Part shown: positions 52,906 to 64,000 of the stretch, one piece after another
Position numbering within the stretch: the stretch's first letter is position 1
Layout of the letters: every line of letters begins with the position of its first letter
Origin: Hydrolagus colliei
Lineage: Eukaryota
NCBI GenBank assembly: GCA_035084275.1
Contig: CM068746.1
Span: 3,782,001-3,846,000, forward strand
Direction of reading: 5' to 3'
Length of the DNA: 64,000 bases
Position numbers and translations under genes: made by a program
Notes under the pieces: generated by a model
What the model saw: the letters and a program-made list of their open reading frames with translations, nothing else
The model's database searches: none
Told to the model about the DNA's origin: nothing

Positions 52906-53359
52906 AAAGCATGGTCTTCAGATAAACTTTAATGATCGGGAGGTGTTGGAAGGGGGATGTGGAAGGACTCTAGAGTGTTGGGCCAGTAACTGTTGAAAGG
53001 TCGTCCTCAATGCATACAGTGCTCTGCGAAGTGCTTTCAGACATCTCAAAGATGCGATAAAGCACTATATCAAATGCAAGGACTATTATTATTTAATAAT
53101 GGAGTGGAACAGGCAGGAAACATTCAAGCAAAGACTTTCAGGAGTTACACACAAGTCCCAACTTCTATCTCTCAGGTCCAGTTTCGTTGCTTTAATGGTT
53201 TGAGCTCCTATTTGCATCAGGGCTGGGAGTTCTAGTGGCATTAAAAAGTATCCTTTCAAAAAGTTCAAAGGACCATTTCTGAGCAGAGGTCAAATGTTTT
53301 ATGCAGTACATGTTGATCTCAGTAGTGTGAATTGATTCCAATAGAATCCTATAATCCTT

Positions 53360-53660
53360 GCATTTATTATTATTTATTATTATTATTATTATTTGATATA
53401 GCGCCCCTAGTCACGACTTCTAGAAATCTCAAAATCTTTCACAGAGTACACTGTAAAGTTAATTGACGGTAAGTTTTGTGGGTGAAAGGCTGCAGCCAAT
53501 TGCTCACGGTTGTGGATTAAGTGACGAGTGTCATTTCTTTATTCATTTAGTTAATTGAAGGGATTATTAACCCCCCTGAAAAGCAATCCACCAAATGACC
53601 TAACAATCAGGTTCCCATTTACTGCTAGGTAAACGGAGGCGTGTGGAGTAAGGAAAGTGG
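53360..53660 (-). mobile_element. SINE long variant, decayed
   Basis: Antisense of actccacacgcctccgtttacctagcagtaaatgggaacctgattgttag...aataatccct plus body. Confidence 0.8.
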
Positions 53661-54576
53661 AGGAAGGAGGGCAAAAGTATCGATGTGATACGTTGGAAAG
53701 GGAGAGGACTTAGGACAACATAAAAGGAGGGAGGGTCTTCGCTGAACTCTGGGTAGCTTTTCACCTCATGTATCATCACATCAAAGAGGGTATGTGGCTG
53801 ACCTGAGAGCCTCACCTTCCAGGTCAAGATTGTTACTGAAGTCAATTGTCTGGTTGTATGAGAACCAATACACCCCACTACTGTACACTACTGTACACTC
53901 ATCAGATGTTTTTGGTTTAGTTACATGCACTTTATTTTGAAGTCATTTTTGCTACTCACAAATGTTTTCTTTAATATTAGAAACTGCGCTTACACTGAAT
54001 ACTTTCCATTTAGTAAAAAAAAAGACAGTTCTATAGGTCGACAGTAAGAGCACTGCAAAAACACCCATTGGCAAATAAAATCCCAGGGCACTCCACACTG
54101 CCAATTCTGATCACTTTTCCAACTGTCCTGCCAGGCTGAATGCTACACAGAGACCGGAGGAATCGTACTTCTGAGAAAGAGCAGAAAAAAATCATAGTGC
54201 TCCTCCTACACCCATTTCAAGCACTCTTCCTGACAGCAAATAACATAGCATTCACAGCTCACTCGCCATTAAATACCTCCCATCAAAACCCTCCCCAGCC
54301 AACTATGTTATATAGAAGCGAGCAAGTTGTTTCTTTTTCACTCTCTATATTAAGGTAGTTTTTAACATGGCCTTCCTTGCTAATACAGTGCAATAATAAC
54401 AGTTCATCACTGCTGTTTGCGAAGGAAAAAAAGTGCTCAAAGCTCTTCTACATGTCAGTTTAGAATAAATGGCCTCAATTTTACAGCTGGACAAATCCAT
54501 TACATTTTGTTATTTATGGACAGATCTTCAGGCATTGCAGCAGAAGACGAATCAACATGGTGCCATTACCGCGTTG

Positions 54577-55175
54577 GGGAGTTTCTGTAGTGCAGTGGTA
54601 AGAGCGCTCGCCTCTCAAGCGAGAGACCCGGGTTTGATTCCCAGCAGGGTGAAACATCGGGCAAGTTTCCTTACTCCACATGTCTGTTCACCGAGCAGTA
54701 AATTGGAATCCAGTTGTTTATAATAATAATAATTCTTGCATTTGATCTGGCGCTTAAACATCTCAAAGTGTCCCACAAACAGTCGTGGATCGAAGTGACC
54801 AGTTTATCATTGTTTTTTTATGAGGAATTATTATCAGGTGTGTGAAGTAAAGAAACTCGCCCATGGTTTCTCCCTGCCTGGTATCGAACCCAGGTCTCTC
54901 GCTTGCAAAGCGGGCGCTCAACCACTGAGCTTCAGGACTGTCATCAATTGACGGATCGCTTTTCCGGTTGTAATAATGATTTAAGAAAATACTAATGAAT
55001 AATTGGACACTCAATCCACCACTGTTTGGGGGACACTGCTGTGTGTAATTGGCTATTGTGTTTCTCCCGCAAAATATATAGTCAATTCACTTGATAGTAT
55101 ATTCTGTGAGGTGTTTTGAGACATCTCAAAGATGTGATAAGGCGCTATATCAAATGCAAGGATTGATATTATGAT
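54577..55175. mobile_element. Plus-strand long SINE split by an inverted, internally deleted SINE (about 54720-54940)
   Basis: Head and CORE at 54577-54720, antisense copy, then the plus-strand body resumes at about 54950-55175. Confidence 0.8.
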
Positions 55176-55332
55176 TACTGCATGTAAAGATCATGCCCAC
55201 ACCCACCCTGATGCTCTCTGGTTAAAGGGAAAGGCTTTGGCCAGATATAGTGGAGCTTCCTATGCTCTGTGCTCGAGCAGATGGCTTTTGGCATCGCATT
55301 CAGCCAATTAATCTAAATGCTCCACTGCATCT

Positions 55333-55648
55333 AATAATAATAATCCTTGCATTTGATATGGTGCTTTTCACATCTTATCGACGTCTCAAAGCACTTCACA
55401 GAATATACTGTAAAGTGAATTGACTGTGTATATTTTTGTGGGTGAAACGCGGCAGCCAATTGCGAACAGCAGTGTCCCACAAACAGTCGTGGATTGAAAT
55501 GACCAATTTTATTATTGTGTTGTTTTTTTGAGGGATTATTATTAGGCGTGTGGAGTAAGGAAACTTGCCCAAGGTTTCGCTCTGACCTGCCTGGATTCGA
55601 ACACAGGTCTCACGCTTGTAAGGCGAGCGCTCTAACCACTGAGCTACA
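55333..55648 (-). mobile_element. Full-length tRNA-derived SINE
   Basis: Near-consensus antisense copy ending gcgctctaaccactgagctaca. Confidence 0.93.
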
Positions 55649-56690
55649 TCTACACGATCTTTGGCTTCGAACACCAGCAAGGAACAGGTCACTAATTCCC
55701 TCTTACTTCCTCAAATGAATGCCCAGCCTACTAAAATAAACACTTTCCTTTCCAAAATGTGCACAGCCCCAAGCGGATACAATAATAATAAATATTCCTG
55801 GCATTTGATAGCACTCCTTTCATATTACAGTAAAATGATTAAAGTGCCTCACAGAATATACTGCTAAAATGTAATGATTGTGTAACTTTTAGGAAAAATA
55901 TATCAGACTGCTGGGCAGAACAATCATTTTAAAGAATAATATGTTCCCCGGGAACCCTCGATCTCTTCCAGATGTGGTGTATTTGGATTCTGGCAATATA
56001 TTTGCCATTCCCTCTGAGTTGGGGAGAAACTAACAAGACTCCCGAGGCAGCTCCAACTCCCCAATGATAAAAGCAGATTAGATCCCATCACCTCCGGGCG
56101 CTATTCAGCCGAGCAGTCCCAGAGTATCCTTTCCTGTGGCAAGACCTTCTCGCACAGAACTCCTCTGTGGGCGTGGAATGTAGTTGCGAGCTTGGCAGCT
56201 CTCTGCACACTTCCCCTTCATAGGCCTCTTGAACAGACCAGAGGGAGCCTCCAAACACCCGATAGTCCCATTGCAGCCGTGGGCAGTGAAGGGGAAGGCC
56301 TGCACTGCTGTAACGATCCCAACAACTCTCTCTGCAATCTCTCTGGAGGCACTTGCTATTAGCAGCTACAAGGCACAGCACTAGAGGGACAACAATATAA
56401 TAGCTCCACAAGGGCTAGGTACTGGATATGTTCCCCACACGCAGCAAGATCTCTTCCACTATCACAATCTTTCCTCCGCTATCAAATCCAGGAAAAAGTT
56501 CACCCACAAAATACGCAATGTCAAATTCACTTTACAACCGATTTCACAAAATGCTTTGAGACACCTTAACATGGTGTTCGGGCAATATATCAATGTGTGT
56601 GTCATCCCAACAGGTAGAATTCACAGCGGGGAATTCCCAATCCCAGCCATTCTGTTGTGAGGGTCTCCTGGTAGAAGAACATGCCTCTCG

Positions 56691-57995
56691 TAGGGAATGG
56701 CGATATGGGAATTTTCCGGATATGGATATATCGGTTGGCTCATACTGAGATATACCGAAATATCGATATTTTCTGTTTTTTCGTACTGCGCATGCGCGCG
56801 CGCATCAGAGTGCGCGCGCATTCCGGGTGCGTGCGCATTCCGGGTGCACGCGCATTCGGGGCCTATTTTCTCAGGAGGTAAATATCTTTCTCTCTCTGTG
56901 TCTCTCACTCTCTCCATCTCTGTGTTTTTCTGTCTGTGTCTCTCTATGTCTCTCTCCCTCTCTCCTCTCTCACATCCCCCCCCCATCTCTATCTATCTGT
57001 ATATTATCACATCCACCCTGTCTCTCCGCCCCCGCCCCCCCCGCCGTCCCTCTCTCGCACCCCCCACCCCCGTCGTCTCTCTCCCCCACCACTCCCCCAG
57101 CCATCTCTTTCTCCCTCCACCCCCCCCCCCCCCCCGCCGTCTCTCTCTCCCTCCCCACCCAGCCGTCTCTCTCCCCCTCCCCCCAGCCGTCTCTCTCCCC
57201 CTCTCCTACCCCCACCCAGCCGTCTCTCTCCCCCTCTCAGCCGTCTCTCTCCCCCTCTACCCCCCCCCAGCCGTCTCTCTCCCCCCCCCCCCGCCGTCTA
57301 TCTCCCCCTCTCCCCAGCCGTCTCTCTCCCCCTCTCCTCCTCCCCCCAGCCGTCTCTCTCTCCCTCTCCTCCCCCCCCCAGCCGTCTCTCCCCCTCTCCT
57401 CCCCCCCAGCCGTCTCTCTCCCCCTCTCTCCCCCACCAGCCGTCTATCTCCCCCTCCCCCCAGCCGTCTCTCTCCCCCTCACCCCCCCCCTAGCCGTCTC
57501 TCTCCCCCTACCCCCCCAGCCGTCTCTCCCCCTCTCCTCCCACCCCCAGCCATCTCTCTCCCCCTCCCCCCCCCCCCCCCCAGCCGTCTCTCTCCCACCC
57601 CCAGCCGTCTATCTCCCCCTCCCCCCAGCCGTCTCTCTCCCCCTCACCCCCCCCCCCCCCCCCAGCCGTCTTCTCCCCCTCACCCCCCCTCCCCAGCAGT
57701 CTCTCTCCCCCTTCACCCCCCCCACCCACAGCCGTCTCTCTCCCCCCACCCCTTGCATACCTGTATATTGTATTCGAGGACTATGAATACAATATGGCGA
57801 CTTTGCACCTCGGTCTGTGCATTGTGTAGAGAGATGAGCATTCTGGGTCTTGTAGTTCAGTGTGCTCGCATCCCGATTTTTTACCTCGATATATCGATTT
57901 TCGATATACCGATATTTTTTTAATGTCTATATCGGCATATCGATATGAAAATCATATCGGGTTTTAGCGATATACCGATATATCGCCATTCCCTA
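56691..57995. mobile_element. Non-autonomous hAT DNA transposon with internal minisatellite, copy 2 (1305 bp), inverted relative to copy 1
   Basis: Perfect 16-bp TIR TAGGGAATGGCGATAT; perfect 8-bp TSD GCCTCTCG at 56683-56690 and 57996-58003; unique segments match the reverse complement of 16454-17239. Confidence 0.94.
57015..57752. repeat. C-rich minisatellite, unit about CAGCCGTCTCTCTCCCCC(TC)Cn, inside hAT copy 2
   Basis: Over 25 variable-length units; the same unit forms a shorter array at about 16698-16975. Confidence 0.93.
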
Positions 57996-58254
57996 GCCTC
58001 TCGGCTTGGAAACAGGCCAAACATGCCCTCAGTGTTGGATCTGGGAAAAGGTTATAGCGTATTTGCCATGTTGGGAGATACTACATGGATTGTCTACCTC
58101 CCACACTTTTTACAGGGATGCAATTACAGCACCGTGTAATTTTCACTGAATCATCGATTCCAATCCATGTCGTACATGACTGGGTTGGTCGGTGATTGCA
58201 GCTCTTAGGTGACTTTAGTCACGGAGATGTTGAGATCCGTTGATGGAAAGCAAA

Positions 58255-59092
58255 TAATAATAATATAATAATAAGTAATCCTTGCATTTGATATAGCAAA
58301 CAAACAAACAAACAAAACTTACATTTATATAGCGCCTTTCACGTCGAGAGGACATCCCAAGGCGCTGTACAGTCAGGTAGGACAAGAGCAGGGTGGGAAG
58401 GATCAGGGCAGGATAAAGCATAGCAGGAAAAGTAACTGTATTAGTGGGCGAAACGCGGCAGCCAAATTGCGCACAGCAGTGTCCCACAATCAGTCACGGA
58501 AGTGGGACTAGGGGCAAAAGGGGGTAAAGAAGCAAAAGGGGAGGGGTCAAGGCAGGGGGAAAAAAGGCAGGAAAGTCGACTGTATATTTGTGGGCGAAAC
58601 ACTTTCCACATCTCATCAACGTCCCCAAATGCTTCACAGAATATACTGTAAAGTGAATTGACTGTATATTTGTGGGCGAATCGCGGCAGCCAATTGCACA
58701 CAGCAGGGTCCCCCACACAGTCGTGGATTGAAATGACCAATTTTATTATTGTGTTTTTTTGGGGAGGGATTTAGCCTTATGACTAAATAACAATCCTTGC
58801 ATTTGTTATAGCACTTTTCATGTGATCTAGACATCTCAAAGTGCTTCACAGAATTTACTGTAAAGTGAACTAACTAAATTGGTGGGTGAAACATGGTAGC
58901 CAATTGCACACAGCAGCGTTCCACAAACAGTTGTGAATTGAAGTGATTCATTTATCATTGTTCATTTTTCTCCAAGGACTATTATCAGGTGTGTGGAGTA
59001 AGGAAACTTGCCCACCATTTTGCCCTACTGGGAATCAAACCCAATTCTCTCGCTTGCAAGGTGAGTGCTCTAATCACTGAGCTACAGGACTT
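58255..59092 (-). mobile_element. Cluster of tandem and nested SINE bodies with an L2 tail insert
   Basis: Three antisense SINE bodies, an L2 tail at about 58298-58430, and a near full-length SINE at 58785-59092. Confidence 0.82.
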
Positions 59093-59321
59093 CACAAAAC
59101 AAGCACCTGAGTGTTGGGTTGATGGGAATTGTTTTGTTAATATTTTTGACAACCATTGTAGCACTGCTCACAGAGCAGTCATTTATCAAAATTATTCATC
59201 ACTTACATCACTCAAGAGGTAGCGGAATTGAAATGTAAAAAAGCAAAACATCTCAAAGTACTTCACAGGATTTTCTGAAAAAGGACGGTGACGGGATATT
59301 TGTAGGCAAGATTCCAACTCG

Positions 59322-59640
59322 GTGGAGTCCTGTAGCTCAGTGGTTAGAGCGCTTGCCTTACAAGCGTGAGACCTGCGTTCAAATCCAGGCAGGTCAGGGT
59401 GAAACCTTGGGCAAGTTTCCTTGCTCTACACGCGTAATAATAATCCCTCAAAAAAAATGGATCGTTTCAATCCACGGCTGTTTGTGGGGGACGCTGCTGT
59501 GCGCAATTGGCTGCCGCGATTCGCCCACAAATATACAGTCAATTCACTTTACAGTATATTCTGTGAAGCGCTTTGAGACGTCGAGAATACGTAAAAAACA
59601 TTATATCAAATGCAAGAATTATTATTATTATTAGTAGTAT
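59322..59640 (+). mobile_element. Full-length tRNA-derived SINE (reference copy)
   Basis: GGAGTCCTGTAGCTCAGTGGTTAGAGCGCTTGCCTTACAAGCG...GTTCAAATCC head; CORE-like ACCTTGGGCAAGT; Deu-like GCTGTGCGCAATTGGCTGCCGCG; L2-like tail with (ATT)n. Confidence 0.93.
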
Positions 59641-60054
59641 TATTAGACGATGATGCTGGATGCCTCGGGGGCAAAGTGTGCAGTTTTACTGACCCTTCAC
59701 CTCCTCGAGTTGCTGGCAGACATCGTTTCCCTCGGCTTGTTCGATCAGAGAATTTTTCAGCACAAAAGGAGGCCAATTTGGTCCATCGAGTCTGTGCCGG
59801 CTCTGTGAAAAGACCTATCAGGTGGCCTGTACCTGGGTCCACTTTGCAGTGGTTCTCAAGGCATCGCTCAGTCACCTCAGCCTGCGGAGGTCGTTTCCGC
59901 CGGACCACAATGAGGGTCCCACAGGATGACCAACACTTAGCCCAGACCCTACAGCTGTGGAGTGAGACATCTAACCCTCCTACAGAAAACAACGTCAGCC
60001 TTCACCCTGGCCAGGTGCTGTAAGATAAGACACACGGCACACATCTTACACATA

Positions 60055-60305
60055 GAGGGGAGCTGAGGAGAAATTTTTTCACTCAGCGAGTTGTTCGAAT
60101 CTGGAATGCATTGCCTGAAAAGGCTGATTCGATAACAACTTTTAAAAGGGAATTAGATCTTTATTTAGGGAGAACGGGTCTATTAGGCTATGGGGAGCGG
60201 GCAGGGCAGTGGGATTGAATCGCTCTTTTCAAAGAGCCGGCACAGACTAGATGGGCCGAATGGCCTCCTTTTGTGCCGTAAAATTCTATGATTCTATGAT
60301 TCTAT
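60055..60305 (+). mobile_element. Young CR1 LINE 3' end
   Basis: Near-identical to the reverse complement of 44870-45120 apart from a short deletion; (ATTCTATG)n tail. Confidence 0.93.
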
Positions 60306-60814
60306 AACGTTGATGGTCCCTACATTCCAAGACAAATTAAGCACTTGGTACATTCGGGATGTTCTTGAAACGCTAAGAAAACGGTTGTAAATCGAAACCC
60401 AGGTGGAACTTCTCCCCCTCAATGTGACAGTTATCACATTAAATGTGTTGCAACACATCACTTGTTTGAAGCAATTTCAAACTAAAAGACTGCAAATGTA
60501 TGCAAGGTTACTGGCTGTGGAACTAAATACTGTACACCCCCCCTCCCTCTTAATGAATAACACATTTTTACCAAGAGGGCGTTTCTATCAGTGCCTTGGA
60601 CAACAGTCCAGCCACAAATATTTTACAGGGTTTTTCAGGGATCACGCCTTTAATCACTGAGACACAGAAAATGCATCTTCAAAGGTCAAAGTTCCACTTC
60701 TATATATAAATCAGAAGCTTGATGTTGTTTTTAACTTGTAAAGTGCTTTGTGACATTCAACACCGAGGCACTCCAAAAACACAAGGTTTTTATGTAGAGT
60801 GATTATGGTATTCA

Positions 60815-61045
60815 ACAACAACTTTGATGTATACAGCGCCCTCCACGCCGGACGGCGTCTCAGAGCGCTTCACAGTAACGGATCCCGGGACCGAGCCAGG
60901 GGCAGGGGGTAGGAAGGTGACCGAATGCGTGGTCGAAGAGAAAGGTCTTCAGCTGTGACTCGAAACTGAGAAGAGAGAAGGGGGCGAGGTGAAGGGAGTG
61001 AGGAAGGGAGTTCCAGAGCCTCGGGGCGTAGTGACTGAAGGCAAC
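60815..61045 (-). mobile_element. Young L2 LINE 3' end
   Basis: Close match to 29520-29755. Confidence 0.88.
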
Positions 61046-63109
61046 GGCTGTTTTACCTAAATGGTAGAATATTGGCCGAGATGGCAGCCGTTTTTACAGT
61101 TGATGGCACCAGCTCCCCCCCCACCCCCCGGATACCTTGTGATACTTATTCAAAAATCCGTCGCTCAACAGTGTCACTGGCATAAAACAGATCAATTCAA
61201 GGAGATGAGCTCACACACGGCCGAGACTTCACACAGCCGCGCTCAAAAATGTTCTCCACCCTTTCCATCTTTAATGTTGGTAAGGAGCCAACAGCACAGT
61301 TTGCTCTTCACTCACATAAATTTGTTGTTTTTTTACTGGCATTCATACACTTGTGAGCAGAGATCTCTGCAGGCGAGGGATTCAGCATTGTCTGACACAG
61401 GGCCGTGCGGAGTTGTCTTTCTGAAGCTGTGCCGTTTTTCGGAGGCGAGTGAGAGACAAATCAGTAGCTGCACTATAAAGACACAGTATGAGAGAGACGA
61501 CATACTGTAGGGCAGTCGATGACCTGAAGACAAGGTTGGTGGCTTCCCTGCTTGATCAAGCCTTATGTGCCTTGGTAGCTTTTAGAATTTATTTTTCTTT
61601 AACCACTTAAAAGGTCAATCATTACACACAATCAATTAGTTGGTGCCGGAATTTTCTTTTTTTCAAAAATAAATTCCCCATTAACCTATGTTATTTAATT
61701 CAAGTGCACAATTGAAACAGGGAAAGAAAATAAAAAGTGCACAAATATAGCTAAGCACAACATAAACATTTATATATACAGTCCAATTTTTCTACTCTTC
61801 TTCATCCTGCCCTGATCCCCCCCACCCAATAATAATAATTATTATTATTATTAAGTGTCTCCAAATTGGCATGTTTGACAATGGAAGATCAGATCGAACC
61901 AGCCCTCGGTAGCTTGGTTCCTGGGCCAGGAAGGTCCGCAGTATTCCAGGGCACTACTGACAGCCCAGTTCATCGTTCATCAGCAGGATTTGGAAGGGAA
62001 GAGGACAGTCACTGGGAGTGGGGAATTCTCCCCCTCAGCTCCTGTTAACCCTGCAAACCAAAGCCCTAACAGATAATAATAAATAATAATAATAATAATA
62101 ATCCTTGCACCTTACCACATCTCTGAGACGTCTCATATCTTGTAAAGTCAGAATCAATAATTCATTAAATATAACCGATACATTTAATAAGCCCCGACAC
62201 CCATACTAATTATGTGCCAAATGGTCTTGTACGGTGAAATACAATTATTGCGTAGGACCCAACCTAATAGAAAATACAATTTTCAGGATACTAAATGATG
62301 TCAACTAATTTTGCCAAGTTGTTCTGTGGGAGGCAGAATTTCCAAACAGCCGTAAGCAAATCCCCTCCTCAAATTAAAAATAGTGATTTATCCTTGAACA
62401 CAAATATATTGCCGCCAAAATGCCCCGTTCTGCGTCGATGAGCGGATGATAAATGACGACTGACAGCCCATTACATCCCCCCGCTTCCAACTGGATATGA
62501 GTCTGCACTTTCACTGAGATACACACTCCCGAGGGAGTAAAATAAATGCAAGTTTAAACACCGTGAAATCCCCTTCCTCCTTCCAGGGCGCAAAAGGCAA
62601 CTAAATGAAAAGCACCAGGATGAATAATAGTAAATAATCCTTGCTTTTGGGATCGTTCCTTTCGCATCAAGAGTTATTGACATCTCTGGGCGCAGTTGGC
62701 TACCGCGTTTCTCCCACAAAATTCAATTCACTTTACAGCGTACCCTGTGAAGCTCTTTGAGACTTCTCGACGATGTGATAAGACGCTGTGTCAAATGCAA
62801 GGATTATTATTATTAATACTTAAGCGTAAGTATTTTGCAGGATATGTGGTTAAGTGGAGTGACAACTGTGTATTCCGTGGGTGAAAGGATATCAACATAA
62901 CAAGTTTTTGATCATCATCGTGTGAAAACATATGGAATAGGAAACCAGGGCAACAACAATAAAATAACAACTATATTACATTTATAGACAGGGCACTCAG
63001 GCTATAAAGTATATCTAAGAAGGAAAATACATCGATAAGATAAGGTTCTTTCCTTGTAAATTTACTGGCTGATCTATGCAGCATGTCCAGATTGGGCAAA
63101 ACATTGAAG

Positions 63110-63385
63110 CAAGTTTCCTTAGGCCACACACCTCTGTTTATTTTGCAGTAAGCAAGAATCTGGTTGTTAGTCGTATGGCTTTTCATTGGTTAGCAGGATT
63201 GCTTTTCTGCTTTTCCCTTCAAAAAATAACTCGAATAATAAATCACTGAATCCAAGACTGTGTGTGGGACATTGCCGCGTTTCGTCCACAAACTATAGGC
63301 TCAATTCACTTTACAGTACACTCTATGAAGCGCTTTGAGACATCTCGAGGACACAATAAGGGGCTACATTAAATGCAAGGATCAG
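63110..63385 (+). mobile_element. Decayed SINE long variant
   Basis: caagtttccttaggccacacacctctgtttattttgcagtaag...aaatgcaaggat. Confidence 0.75.
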
Positions 63386-63929
63386 TGTTTTTCTTGTTTA
63401 TTTATAATCTTTGAAGAAAAATGTCTGGCTATATTCCTCCCAATGTCTGATGGTAATTTAGTGGAAGTATTTATACCGACTTGTTCATGTATATAAATTA
63501 CATTCCAATATTCAAAAACACACAGCAGACTCTTACGTGTCAGGGAAATTAACCATCTACTGTATATCCATACTTATTATTCTCTGTCCCTTTTGATAAA
63601 ATAAATATTTTTGAAGTTCTTCAACACAGCATTGCCTGCTCTGATTGGAATCTGCTCTATAAATCTGCCGCATGAGAGACAAAATATTCTTTTAATCATT
63701 ACTCTTGCTTGAGGTCAACTCATTTGTATCTATGCCCTTTTAGCCCTGCAATTATTACATTAATGCATTTCTAAATTGTGTTAACCATGCTTTTTAGCAT
63801 TTTAACACTATCCACCTCTCACTCATCCTCTCTCCACAGAGAATGAATCAATTCTATTACACTAATCTGGTAAATTGATAATCGGAGTACCAGAAACTGA
63901 ACACACTTCTGTGAATTACAAGATGGGTC

Positions 63930-64000
63930 CTTCTCGGCTAAAGACCTTTCTTTTCGACTGCGTTTGGTCACCTTTTCTCCAACTGCCCCTGGCTCGGCCA
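63930..64000 (+). mobile_element. L2 3' fragment cut by window edge
   Basis: gctaaagacctttcttttcgactgcgtttggtcacctttt...tgcccctggctcgg is the reverse complement of about 29598-29660. Confidence 0.75.

Noticed and set aside
53540-53660. Idea that the short SINE's internal TAATAATCC came from an antisense tail insertion
   Set aside because: The long variant here already has aataatccct after the CORE-like segment, so simple deletion explains the short form.
56088-56411. Cys-rich ORF with a signal-peptide-like start
   Set aside because: Starts at TTG rather than ATG, with no recognisable family or splice support.
56697-57923. 408-aa and other Pro/Ser- or Gly-rich ORFs (also 16482-17249)
   Set aside because: Translations of the stop-free minisatellite inside the hAT elements; open in many frames on both strands.
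59322-59395. tRNA gene (A and B boxes, CTTACAA loop suggesting Val-TAC)
   Set aside because: Runs straight into the SINE body, varies among many copies and has no clean acceptor stem or terminator; it is a SINE head.
51084-64000. Next upstream copine exon (expected DFLGQxFCTLGEIVGS...)
   Set aside because: Not found by eye on the minus strand; probably lies beyond the window. tBLASTn would confirm.

Overview
Eukaryotic, vertebrate genomic DNA, not prokaryotic. The repeat complement (CR1, L2, a tRNA-headed CORE/Deu-like SINE, shark-type Penelope palindromes) suggests a cartilaginous fish; this is inferred and the species is not verified. The whole window is the interior of one minus-strand copine gene (CPNE5/8/9 group, most like CPNE8). 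Nine consecutive GT-AG exons (736 nt) join in frame and encode the C2A-C2B linker, the C2B domain and the start of the vWA domain. The rest is intron, with over 20 SINE copies, CR1 and L2 fragments, Penelope remnants and small DNA transposons. Most notable are: (1) a TSD-flanked Penelope-type palindrome with two back-to-back minimal hammerhead ribozyme motifs; (2) two inverted copies of a non-autonomous hAT element with an expandable G-rich minisatellite and TIR changes that co-vary at both ends, bracketing a 507-nt frame-closed exon block; (3) nested insertions and SINE structural variants. Nearly all ORF-track entries are repeat-derived or chance. Repeat boundaries are approximate unless TIRs or TSDs are quoted.
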